Shown: piece after piece, positions 47,329-56,036 of the stretch | Numbering within the stretch: the stretch's first letter is position 1 | Layout: every line of letters starts with the position of its first letter | DNA from: Phycisphaerae bacterium | GTDB taxonomy: Bacteria > Planctomycetota > Phycisphaerae > UBA1845 | NCBI GenBank assembly: GCA_020056715.1 | Contig: JAGVHG010000106.1 | Coordinates: 1,153-65,152, forward strand | Length of the DNA: 64,000 bases | Reading direction: 5' to 3' | The notes under the pieces: model-generated | Database searches by the model: none | The model's input: the letters and a program-made list of their open reading frames with translations, nothing else | What the model was told of the DNA's origin: nothing | Translations under genes and position numbers: made by a program

Positions 47329-48858
47329 TCAACACCCAGGCGATGTCGGATGGGGGATGGCGGATGGAGGATGGGAAGTGGATGGCGAACTCCTCCGACA
47401 TCCCACTTCCGACATCCGACATCGAAGGTGCCGGACCACCCCATCGAGCTGCATGCCCCTGGACCCTTTAATCCAAACCGTATCCCCATCCACGACGAGA
47501 CCGTCCAATAGAACGTTAGTGGAGAGAACATCCGCGCAACAATGAACCTCGGTGCCGAATCGGTCGGGCGTTTGCGCGCGGGCTGCTGCGATCGTTGCGG
47601 GGCCTACCGCGACCAATACTTCAATTCCCGCCTCGAACGCCTCGCGGATGACTCGGCCATGGGAGGCCGCACTGTCCACGCCGAGTTCGAGCATATCGCC
47701 CAACACTAGCACCCGACGTCCGTTCTCCGCGGCTCGTAGCGTCTCAACCGCCGCATGGACGCTCGAAGGGTTGGCGTTGTAAGCGTCATCCACGATCTTC
47801 ACGCCGCCGACTTCCTCCAACTCCGTTCGGCCCTGCGGCGGGCGGAACGAACGAAGTCGCTCGACGATCCGCTCGGGCGCCACACCGAACCACCGGGCCA
47901 CGGCAAACGCCGCAGCCGCGTTGGTCGCGTGGTGCGCTCCGGGCATGGGAAGCTCGATCTGGTGGCGACCTTCCAGCTCGAACGCGGTCCCGTAGAGGTT
48001 CGCCCGGCGACGAGTGACAAACAGTTTGGCGCTCTGCTCCACTCCGAAGGTCAGCAAACGAGTGCCACTGTTGGCACAACAGTGCCCCCCATCGGCATCC
48101 TGATTGCGTGTCCGTGCTATTGCTGTGCCAACAGTGCCACTCGTGACTGCAAGGTACGGAAGAATCTCCGGTCGGTCGACGTTGACTACGGCAAACCCCG
48201 CGGGCCGCACAAATCGCAAAAGCGAAGTCTTTTCCGCCGCAACGGCGTGAAGGTCGCCCAGGCCTTCCAAATGCGCCTCGCCAATGGAGGTAATCACGGC
48301 GACGTTGGGCGAGACCAAGGCCGCGAGCGCCGCCACCTCACCGGGCGAGTTTGAGCCAATTTCCACGACCAGGTAGCGGTCGTCCGCGTCGGCGGAAAGC
48401 AATGTAAGCGGAACGCCGATCGCGTTGTTGAAGCTCTTGGGTGAGGCCCGCCCCTTGAATTCGCCGGAGAGAATGTGGTCGATCATGCACTTCGTGGTCG
48501 TTTTGCCGTTGCTGCCCGTCACGGCGATGACCACGGTGCTAACCGGCAACACAGTGTGGCGATAGTGCTTCGCCAGGTGACCCAGGGCCGCAAGAGTATC
48601 GTCAACCGACAGCAATGGACCGGACTCTATCGCCGCGTCGAGCCTGCGATCACAAACACACGCGACCGCCCCCTTCGCCAACGCCTGTGTCGTAAACTGA
48701 TGTCCGTCGAATCGCGGACCCCGCAGAGCAAAGAAAAGGTCTCCGGGTTGAACGTCGCGCGAATCGGTCGTGACGCGGCGGATGACAGTTTGAGAAATGC
48801 GCGGATGACAAACAGCACCGACGGCGGCCGCGACATCTCCCAAGGACATCGGGATCAT
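47329..48858 (-). CDS. murF: UDP-MurNAc-tripeptide--D-Ala-D-Ala ligase
   Basis: Motifs TGSNGKTTT and IKGSRGMQLD. ATG at 48858 overlaps the murE stop (ATGA). The last ~30 codons are encoded by the heptamer element. Confidence 0.9.
   Translation of the reverse strand: MIPMSLGDVAAAVGAVCHPRISQTVIRRVTTDSRDVQPGDLFFALRGPRFDGHQFTTQALAKGAVACVCDRRLDAAIESGPLLSVDDTLAALGHLAKHYRHTVLPVSTVVIAVTGSNGKTTTKCMIDHILSGEFKGRASPKSFNNAIGVPLTLLSADADDRYLVVEIGSNSPGEVAALAALVSPNVAVITSIGEAHLEGLGDLHAVAAEKTSLLRFVRPAGFAVVNVDRPEILPYLAVTSGTVGTAIARTRNQDADGGHCCANSGTRLLTFGVEQSAKLFVTRRRANLYGTAFELEGRHQIELPMPGAHHATNAAAAFAVARWFGVAPERIVERLRSFRPPQGRTELEEVGGVKIVDDAYNANPSSVHAAVETLRAAENGRRVLVLGDMLELGVDSAASHGRVIREAFEAGIEVLVAVGPATIAAARAQTPDRFGTEVHCCADVLSTNVLLDGLVVDGDTVWIKGSRGMQLDGVVRHLRCRMSEVGCRRSSPSTSHPPSAIPHPTSPGC
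47343..47422. repeat. Inverted heptanucleotide arrays (copy 2)
   Basis: Left arm atgtcgg atggggg atggcgg atggagg atgggaa, a 17-nt spacer, and right arm ccgacat cccactt ccgacat ccgacat. Same polarity and spacer core (gaacNcct) as 20612-20754. Confidence 0.9.
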
Positions 48859-50390
48859 GCCACTTCCTCCGTGAGAGCAGCGGCGTTCATCCACTTTCGC
48901 GCAACCTCAAGGTCATCGAAGGGTAGCACCCGCTCACCCAGAAGCTGGTACGTCTCGTGTCCCTTCCCCGCGATCAGCACCGTATCGCCCGCTTCGGAAT
49001 CAACCAGCGCCGCTTCGATCGCCCGTTTACGATCCACGTCCACGACGATCCGGCAAGCGTGCGAAGGGCTAAACCCGTGGAGGATTTCATCAATAATCGT
49101 ATGCGGCTCTTCCGTCCGCGGGTTGTCGCTGGTGACGTAGGCGACGTCGGCGAGCTTGCCGACGACGGCGGCCATGCGCGGCCGCTTGGTTCGGTCGCGA
49201 TCACCACCGCAGCCGAACACGCACCGCAGCGTCCCCGTCGTCAAGGGTCGTAGCGTCCGCAACACATTTCCGAGCGCATCGTCGGTATGAGCGTAGTCAA
49301 TAAAGACAGAGTAAGGCCAGCCCGGAGGCTCGGCGCGTTGCAGGCGACCGGGAACGCCGCTCACGTGCTCGAGGCCGCTACGAATCGCCTCTGGTGGAAC
49401 TCCGATAGCCGCAGCCGTGGCCGCGGCCGCGAGCGCGTTGAGGACGTTATGACGTCCGATGAGCGGAGTGCGGATCGACAATTCCAGCGCACGACCGCGT
49501 AACAAATACTCGGTCCCACAGCGATCCATTCCCTCGATGTCCGCACGCACTTGCGCGGACGGTGAGTCGATCCCGTAGGTCACCACCCGCGCGGTAGTGC
49601 CGCGTGCAAGCAATGCGCCCATCGGGTCGTCAACGTTCACGACGGCGACGGCGGAAGGAGCGAGCATTTCAAACAAGCGCCGTTTGGCCGAAAAGTACGC
49701 GTCCATCGTACGGTGGTAATCGAGGTGGTCGCCGGTGAGGTTGGTGAACACACCCGCCGCGAAGGTCAGACCGTCGCAGCGCCGTTGATCCAACGCGTGC
49801 GACGACACTTCCAACACCGCATGAGTCGCGCCCGCGTCGCGTGCCGACGCCAGGTTCCGGCAAAGCTCGATCGACCCCGGCGTGGTGAGCGGAGAGGGCC
49901 GTCGCTTGCCGACCAAGTCGTATTCCACCGTTCCCAGCATCGCCGTGCGATGGTGGGCCGCTTGGAGTATGGAGCGCAACAACCACACGACAGTTGTCTT
50001 CCCGTTGGTCCCGGTGACGCCGATGATGCGCAGCGTTGGCTCGACGCCGCCCAAAAGGCCGTAAAACGCCGGCGCGAGCTTCGCCAGTGCGCTACGAGTA
50101 TCGGCTACGCGCACAACCGCGACGCCGGACGGAGCCGGTCCGTCGCGATCCACGACGATCGCCGCCGCGCCGGATGCTACGGCCGCCGGAACATAATCGT
50201 GCCCGTCGTGCCCGACGCCTCGAACTGCTACAAAACACGCGCCGGGATGAACCGATCGCGAATCGTCGATCAGCGATGAGATGGGGACAGTCGGAATCTT
50301 ACCGCTGTCGCTTGCGAAAACGCCCGCGCGAGCGAACAACTCCGGCAGTGTCCAATGAGTTTCGCGCGAAGATAATTGAGGGTTCCTCAT
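48855..50390 (-). CDS. murE: UDP-MurNAc-L-Ala-D-Glu--2,6-diaminopimelate ligase
   Basis: Motifs GVTGTNGKTT and TSDNPRTEEP. The first ATG is at 50390; the track start 50441 is a GTG. Confidence 0.92.
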   Translation of the reverse strand: MRNPQLSSRETHWTLPELFARAGVFASDSGKIPTVPISSLIDDSRSVHPGACFVAVRGVGHDGHDYVPAAVASGAAAIVVDRDGPAPSGVAVVRVADTRSALAKLAPAFYGLLGGVEPTLRIIGVTGTNGKTTVVWLLRSILQAAHHRTAMLGTVEYDLVGKRRPSPLTTPGSIELCRNLASARDAGATHAVLEVSSHALDQRRCDGLTFAAGVFTNLTGDHLDYHRTMDAYFSAKRRLFEMLAPSAVAVVNVDDPMGALLARGTTARVVTYGIDSPSAQVRADIEGMDRCGTEYLLRGRALELSIRTPLIGRHNVLNALAAAATAAAIGVPPEAIRSGLEHVSGVPGRLQRAEPPGWPYSVFIDYAHTDDALGNVLRTLRPLTTGTLRCVFGCGGDRDRTKRPRMAAVVGKLADVAYVTSDNPRTEEPHTIIDEILHGFSPSHACRIVVDVDRKRAIEAALVDSEAGDTVLIAGKGHETYQLLGERVLPFDDLEVARKWMNAAALTEEVA

Positions 50391-50569
50391 TCTTATCCTT
50401 GTGTCCGCATTGTAAGTGGAAACGCGGAAAGAATCATCCACGCGAGCCGCGGCCTTCAGGCCGCGCGGTCGTACAAATCTCTACACCTATCCCTGTACCG
50501 AGGATCCGCCCAGGGTAAAACATGCGGCTCGTATCGTGCGGGTTCTGTGATATCTTCAACCGCATCCCC

Positions 50570-52318
50570 TCACGGCGTCGCCGCGGCCACCTGGTCTTTG
50601 TCCGGTGGAACACCCAGATATGGCAACGCCTGTCCAAGAATTTCCCCGACCGCCGGCGCCGCAACCGCGCTGCCGTAATAGGCCAAGCGATGGTTTGGGC
50701 GACGGATCATCACCATCGCTACCAACGCCGGACGCTCCACCGGCGCGGCTCCCACGAAAGTGCCGAGGTAAGCGTCCGGTTCGTAGATCTTTCCGTTCCG
50801 AGAGATCAACTTGGTCGTGCCTGTCTTCCCCAGAACGCTGTAGTGTTCGAGCTTGGCTCCCTTGCCGCTGCCGTTTTCGACCACGGAAACCAGCAATTCC
50901 TCGGTGACGTAGTGTGCGATCCGCGAGGAAACGACTCGGCCAACGATCTGCGGCGATTCAGAATCCCCGACCGCCTCCCCACCCGGCCCGAGGAGTCTCT
51001 TTACAATCCGCGGCCTCAGCATCACTCCGTCGTTGATGATCGTGGCGAATCCGTTAATTAGTTGCAGCGGGCTGACCAGGACCTCGTAGCCCATCCCGAC
51101 CGATGCCGTGGAGAGCTTGGACCACTTTTTCAGCGGATAGACCCGACCGTCGGCCTCGCCCGGACACTCGATCCCCGTCTTGGTCCCAAACCCGAAACGG
51201 CGGATGGTGTTGTGCAATGCGGGGTTGCCCATGCGATCCGCGATCATGCTCATCCCGATGTTGCTGCTATGGGTGATGATGCCCTTCACGTCCATCATCC
51301 CGTGCGGCTTGACATCTTTTATGGTGCGGCTGCCGATCATCCGCACTCCCATGTGGCAGTCGAACTGCTCGGTCGCGGAGATATGCGACCCGTCCAATGC
51401 CCCGCAAACAATGAAAGGCTTGAAGGTGCTTCCCGGCTCCACGGGGTCGGTCACCGCCCGGTTGCGGCGCACATCGGTTGGGACCGATCCAGGATCGTTG
51501 GGATCGAAGGTCGGATAGCAGGCCATCGCCAGAATCTCGCCGGTCTGGGGCGACATGACGATGGCTATACCGCTCTCGGCCTCAACCCGGTTGACACTCT
51601 CGGCGAGCGCTTGCTCCGCGATGCGTTGAATCTCGGCGTCGATGGTGAGCACCACGTGCCCGCCGTCTTTGGGCGGAATCATCTCTTCGTCGGACGATCG
51701 AAGGGCACGGCGGCGGGCGTCGTGGATCGTTCCACGCCAGCCGTCTTTTCCACGAAGGTGGCTGTCGAACGCCGCTTCGATCCCCTCCAGACCGGCTCCG
51801 TCGCGCCCGACCCATCCCAAAACATGGGCGATTGACTCCCCCAGCGGATACGTGCGGACTGATCGCTCATCGAGGTTGACGGCCGGGTCGTGCATAGCCC
51901 GGACGGCCTCGGCAGTGATGTCGTCCACACCGGAGGCGATCACCACAAACCGCGATTGGGGACGACGACGAATCTTCTCCGCGATGTTGGCCGCAGGGAT
52001 GTTCACCCGCGGGCTGAGCCGATTGGCGAATTCATCGACATCACCCTCAACCCGCGAGGGATCAACGAACACGTCGGGGCGCTGCTCCGTGGCCGCCAAT
52101 ACTCGACCGCGAGCGTCGAGGATAATCCCGCGCCGGGCCGGCATAGTGGCGCCGCCCTGTTGTTGCCGCTCGGCGTAGTTAAGCAGGCGATCTCGCAGCG
52201 TTGTGTTGATATAAACAAGACGCCCGCCGAGGCCTAAGAGAACGACCGCTGAGCAGAGAAGCAGAACCACCCCGGATCGTCGTTGGAACTGATCGATCGA
52301 GGCGGCGGGGGAGGACAT
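50570..52318 (-). CDS. ftsI: Penicillin-binding protein (class B transpeptidase, FtsI-like)
   Basis: N-terminal TM, with the SxxK (STFKP), SxN (SSN) and KTG(T) motifs. Confidence 0.9.
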   Translation of the reverse strand: MSSPAASIDQFQRRSGVVLLLCSAVVLLGLGGRLVYINTTLRDRLLNYAERQQQGGATMPARRGIILDARGRVLAATEQRPDVFVDPSRVEGDVDEFANRLSPRVNIPAANIAEKIRRRPQSRFVVIASGVDDITAEAVRAMHDPAVNLDERSVRTYPLGESIAHVLGWVGRDGAGLEGIEAAFDSHLRGKDGWRGTIHDARRRALRSSDEEMIPPKDGGHVVLTIDAEIQRIAEQALAESVNRVEAESGIAIVMSPQTGEILAMACYPTFDPNDPGSVPTDVRRNRAVTDPVEPGSTFKPFIVCGALDGSHISATEQFDCHMGVRMIGSRTIKDVKPHGMMDVKGIITHSSNIGMSMIADRMGNPALHNTIRRFGFGTKTGIECPGEADGRVYPLKKWSKLSTASVGMGYEVLVSPLQLINGFATIINDGVMLRPRIVKRLLGPGGEAVGDSESPQIVGRVVSSRIAHYVTEELLVSVVENGSGKGAKLEHYSVLGKTGTTKLISRNGKIYEPDAYLGTFVGAAPVERPALVAMVMIRRPNHRLAYYGSAVAAPAVGEILGQALPYLGVPPDKDQVAAATP

Positions 52319-52436
52319 GGGTGGCTCGTATTCCGTTGTTGATCAAGTGAGGGGTGGCCATGCCAGCGCCCGGTTGCCCTGGGCTTGGGCATACCACCCA
52401 CCACCCACCATGTCATCCATGACGGAACGATAGCTT

Positions 52437-52724
52437 CTAAGGCTTCCGAGAGGCTAGCCGTTCCGTCCGCCTCGATACCTCATCGAACCCGGGGGGCACC
52501 AGACCGGTCTGGAACGCCGCCACCCGGTCATGAATCCGTTCCGGGGCTTTTAATCGCGCAATCCGCGTCTGCAAGCCCCAAAGATCACGCCGCAATCGCA
52601 CCCAGTCGGCGTCGATCGCGACCATCCGCGCCGCACATCGCGTCTGTTCGGCGCGAAGATGAACGACCGTAAGAGCGATCGCCGCGAACGCAACCGATAG
52701 GGCGAACCCCCGAGCGACCGTCAA
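52437..52724 (-). CDS. FtsL-like small bitopic protein
   Basis: 95 aa with TM FALSVAFAAIALTVVHL followed by a helical segment. It occupies the ftsL position upstream of ftsI. Sequence similarity is not verifiable by eye. Confidence 0.45.
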   Translation of the reverse strand: MTVARGFALSVAFAAIALTVVHLRAEQTRCAARMVAIDADWVRLRRDLWGLQTRIARLKAPERIHDRVAAFQTGLVPPGFDEVSRRTERLASRKP

Positions 52725-53791
52725 CGTCGCCCCTCCATCGAAGCAAGCACTTTGGCCGCCGGAAGCTTGATACGCACCCCCTCGCGGATGGACTGCGGGT
52801 TCGGGAACTTGTCCTTGTTCAACTCGTGCAGTTCACGCCACCGCCCGGCGTCGCCCAATTGTTCTCGGGCGATGCTCGCATAGCGGTCGTTCTTTTTCAC
52901 CTGATACCAGCGATAGGTCGCCGACGGCGGTTCGGTGGATTTCTTGGCCGGATGTTTCTTCGCCTCCTCCGTATTGGATGGCGCCGGAGCATTCGCTTTG
53001 GACGGCTCCGGTTTCACCGACCGGACCGTGCCCTCCACAATCGGCAGCGATAACACCAACCCGGCTTTTAGGTCATCAGGGCTGGCAAGCGTCGACCGAT
53101 TAAGGTCGAAGATGGTGTTGACCGAATTCCGTGACTTGTTACCGAAATGGGCCAGAGCTATCTTGGACAAGGTGTCGCCCGGCGCAACCGTGTATGGCAC
53201 GGATTTTGTCGTCGATATCGGCTGCGGCAGCGACCCGGGTAGTGGATTCGTACCACGGGTCGTCGCAGAATCAGCTCCGGGGATGCCCAAATGCCGCTCA
53301 AGCTCCTGTCGTCGGACAACATCGTCCTGGGTACGTGAAGTCAGCGCCCGCTCAGCCGCTTGATTTTCAGCGATCGCACCCCCGTCGATAATGTTTCCCA
53401 CGATTGGACTAATTCTTCCGCCTCCAGACTCGGGCAGAAACAAATCCGCGCCGCTCGTAGCCGGAGGATTCGATGTCGGTCGGTCCAGCCGCGCGACAGC
53501 CGCTTCGGGTGGTGTCGATGTCGGCGGAACGAGGCGTCCGTTGGTAGATTGCCGCTGGTGCTCCGAAGGATTGGGTCCGACCCTAGTGGCCGTCTGTTGG
53601 ACCGCGCCGGGCACGTTCGCCCCACCGTCGGTCAGTTGAGAACGCGGCGGAGCGGGCGGATCTTGCCGCCCTCGGTTCGCTAGAATGATGGCAAAACAGA
53701 TGATGAACGCCAACCCGGCGAGCAGTCCGACCTTGGTTTCCCGCGCCATCCTTGGCAACCCTCCCGAAGATTGTGCCGTCATTTCATCCAT
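52721..53791 (-). CDS. Membrane-anchored protein with two LysM domains
   Basis: TM VGLLAGLAFIICFAIILA, a Pro/Ser-rich linker, and LysM motifs YTVAPGDTLSKIA and YQVKKNDRYASIA. Its stop overlaps the ftsL-like start by 4 nt. Confidence 0.75.
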   Translation of the reverse strand: MDEMTAQSSGGLPRMARETKVGLLAGLAFIICFAIILANRGRQDPPAPPRSQLTDGGANVPGAVQQTATRVGPNPSEHQRQSTNGRLVPPTSTPPEAAVARLDRPTSNPPATSGADLFLPESGGGRISPIVGNIIDGGAIAENQAAERALTSRTQDDVVRRQELERHLGIPGADSATTRGTNPLPGSLPQPISTTKSVPYTVAPGDTLSKIALAHFGNKSRNSVNTIFDLNRSTLASPDDLKAGLVLSLPIVEGTVRSVKPEPSKANAPAPSNTEEAKKHPAKKSTEPPSATYRWYQVKKNDRYASIAREQLGDAGRWRELHELNKDKFPNPQSIREGVRIKLPAAKVLASMEGRR

Positions 53792-53800
53792 GACTCAGCA

Positions 53801-54796
53801 CTAGTCGCTCGCTAACCGTACCGCGACGCGAAGCTTGGCGCTACGCGACCGGGGGTTTGTTCTTCGTTCGTCCTCATCGGCGACAACCGGTTTTTTCGTC
53901 GCAATCCGGTAGATTTCCTCGTTTTTCCGCCGCCGGAAGTCCGTCTTGACCGCCTTGTCCTCGACACTATGAAACGAGATCACGCCCACGCGCCCATCGG
54001 GTTTCATCAGGCTCGGCGCCGCCTCGAGCAGCGCTTGGAGGTTCGCAGTCTCCTCGTTGACGGCCATCCGCAACGCTAAGAACGTTCGCGTCGCGGGGTG
54101 AATCTTGCTCTTTCGCGAACTCGGGTCAACCCCCACCGCCCCGGCGACGACATCCGCCAACCGTGTCGTGGTGGTGATCCGTCCCTCTCGGCGTACTTCG
54201 CAAATCCGCCGGGCAATCCTTCGACCGGCGAACTCCTGGGCGTTGTAGTACAGCAGATCGCCGAGTTCCTTCTCGCTTAATCGGTTGACGAGGTCCGCCG
54301 CCTTCACCGTCCTTCGCGGATCCATCCGCATATCCAGCGGTCCTTCGCGCTGGAACGAAAAGCCGCGTTGCGCTTCGTCCAACTGAGTCGAGCTTACCCC
54401 CAAGTCCGCGAGCAGCACATCGATCGAGTCTACGCCGATGGACGCCAGCGCCTCCGGCAGCTCCGCGAAGTTCGCGTGGATCAACTCCACGCGGGGCTGC
54501 ACGTCGGCGAGATTCCGCCGCGCCAGCTCAAGATTGGCCGGGTCCATGTCCAGCCCGATCAGCGTTCCGTCCGGCCCCAGGGCCTCCGCGAACAACCTTG
54601 CATGGCCGCCGAGGCCCACCGTGGCGTCGACCACCACTTCGCCCCGGCGCACCGCGAGCAACTCACCCACCGCACGCACCAACACGGGAGTGTGACCGGG
54701 GGGTTCGACCAGCAATACGGAATCCTCACCCAAACGCTCACGGGCGTTTGGGCTGACGCCAGCCTTCCGAGTCAGCACCACGGCCCGCGAGCCCAT
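53801..54796 (-). CDS. rsmH: 16S rRNA (cytosine1402-N4)-methyltransferase
   Basis: Motifs HTPVLV, DATVGLGGH, DLGVSS and SFHSVEDK. ATG at 54796; the first ~30 codons cover a palindromic element, so the true start is uncertain. Confidence 0.88.
   Translation of the reverse strand: MGSRAVVLTRKAGVSPNARERLGEDSVLLVEPPGHTPVLVRAVGELLAVRRGEVVVDATVGLGGHARLFAEALGPDGTLIGLDMDPANLELARRNLADVQPRVELIHANFAELPEALASIGVDSIDVLLADLGVSSTQLDEAQRGFSFQREGPLDMRMDPRRTVKAADLVNRLSEKELGDLLYYNAQEFAGRRIARRICEVRREGRITTTTRLADVVAGAVGVDPSSRKSKIHPATRTFLALRMAVNEETANLQALLEAAPSLMKPDGRVGVISFHSVEDKAVKTDFRRRKNEEIYRIATKKPVVADEDERRTNPRSRSAKLRVAVRLASD
54729..54757 (+). repeat. dcw palindromic element, copy a
   Basis: cccaaacgc-tcacgg-gcgtttggg + ctgac with a 9-bp stem, within the annotated 5' end of rsmH. 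Confidence 0.85.
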
Positions 54797-54821
54797 CAGC
54801 CCCAAAGCCCGTGAGCGTTGG
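54796..54821 (-). repeat. dcw palindromic element, copy f (degenerate)
   Basis: tcagccccaaagc-ccgtga-gcgttgg, with one stem mismatch. It overlaps the rsmH start region. Confidence 0.6.
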
Positions 54822-55212
54822 TGCGACAGATAGCAAGGAAATCAACTTAACCGACAAATCAGGGGGTGGTCACACCTCCGTGGCGACGCACTCACCCCCA
54901 ACGCGGACGGGTACACGGGTCGCGCCGCTCAGAGCGACCTCATGGGAAAGTCTGACCTGGCCGTATTGTAGGCCAAGGGCATGCAGCCGTCGCACCCGAT
55001 CCTCCAACTCCGCGATTTCTCGTGGGGTCGCAGGATCCGTTCGGACAATCCCGGCCCCCCGAGATTGCTGCCGCCGCTGGATACGCCTTACTAAGCGATC
55101 CCGGCCGCCTGCCATACCAGACTCCCTTGCTCCGTCCGCGCACCGCAACCCGGCGAATCCTTTCGCTTCAAAGGCCGCAGTGCCGCCGGCTCAGTTACTC
55201 ATCATGTTCTCG

Positions 55213-55241
55213 CCCAAACGCTCAAGGGCGTTTGTGCTGAC
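55213..55241 (+). repeat. dcw palindromic element, copy b
   Basis: cccaaacgc-tcaagg-gcgtttgtgctgac, in the mraZ-rsmH gap. Confidence 0.8.
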
Positions 55242-55342
55242 GGCTGCTACCTATCGCCGCTTTTCGCTTCTACCCCGCCAACTTCCCTGTTCCACTCGCT
55301 GCGACACCCGGATCCGTCCAGGGTCGGTACTTCACTTGAGGC

Positions 55343-55813
55343 CTAAGTCTCAGTTCGCGGCCTCATCCGCAAAAAGCCCTGCCAATCGGGCCACTTGTCA
55401 CCTTCCCAATCGATACCCATCGAGCGATCCAACTCCGCCCGGCTCCAGAGGTCGATTCGGTTCTTTCGTCCCACCAGGAACACGTCAGAACCCACTTTGG
55501 CTTTCTTGACCAGCCGGTCGGGTAGTACGAATCGGCCTTGTTTGTCGATATCCACATGCGACGCCAGGGCGTAGAACTGAAGTTCGAACTTCGCGGAGTC
55601 CGGACCGGGTATAAACTCAGTTTCGATCCGACTGGCGAGATCCTCGAACCCTCGCTCCGTGAAAATGGAGAGAGTTCCTGGGTCTTCCCCCAGGGTGATG
55701 TATAAGCCGGCTCCGTCCCGCTCCGGATCGATCGCGCTGCGGAGCTGCGATGGAAGCTGGATACGCTTCTTTTCGTCGATGGTGCGATCATACTGGCCTG
55801 TGAAAAACCGCAT
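55343..55813 (-). CDS. mraZ: Transcriptional regulator MraZ
   Basis: Two SpoVT/AbrB-like halves with DEKKRIQLP and DKQGRFVLP. First gene of the dcw cluster. Confidence 0.9.
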   Translation of the reverse strand: MRFFTGQYDRTIDEKKRIQLPSQLRSAIDPERDGAGLYITLGEDPGTLSIFTERGFEDLASRIETEFIPGPDSAKFELQFYALASHVDIDKQGRFVLPDRLVKKAKVGSDVFLVGRKNRIDLWSRAELDRSMGIDWEGDKWPDWQGFLRMRPRTET

Positions 55814-55867
55814 GGTTCATCAAACGTCACCACTTCTAGCATCCCACTTCGTGGGTCTGATAGACAA

Positions 55868-55895
55868 AATCTACCACACTCAACCACGCCGTCAA
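55868..55895 (-). promoter_or_regulatory. Candidate Pmra promoter with overlapping GTGGT direct repeats (MraZ-box-like)
   Basis: On the minus strand: TTGACG (55895-55890), 16-nt spacer, TAGATT (55873-55868). GTGGT occurs at 55887-55883 and 55877-55873, exactly 10 nt apart, inside the spacer and -10 region. Confidence 0.35.
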
Positions 55896-56036
55896 GGAAA
55901 AACTAAAGAATTTTTATGGGAGTTGTGAGTTTCGTTTCGATTTGGTTGGCGTCTTACCAACAGCTTGTAGCGCGAGGGACACCACCTACCACTGATCGAG
56001 TATACCCCAAAAAGGCAATTATTGCGCGTAGGCAGG

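Noticed and set aside
54870-55148. The 92-aa ORF in the mraZ-rsmH gap as a confident gene.
   Set aside because: It has no recognisable motif and an Arg/Gly-rich composition, and it lies in a repeat-containing spacer. It is kept only as a possibility within the gap finding.
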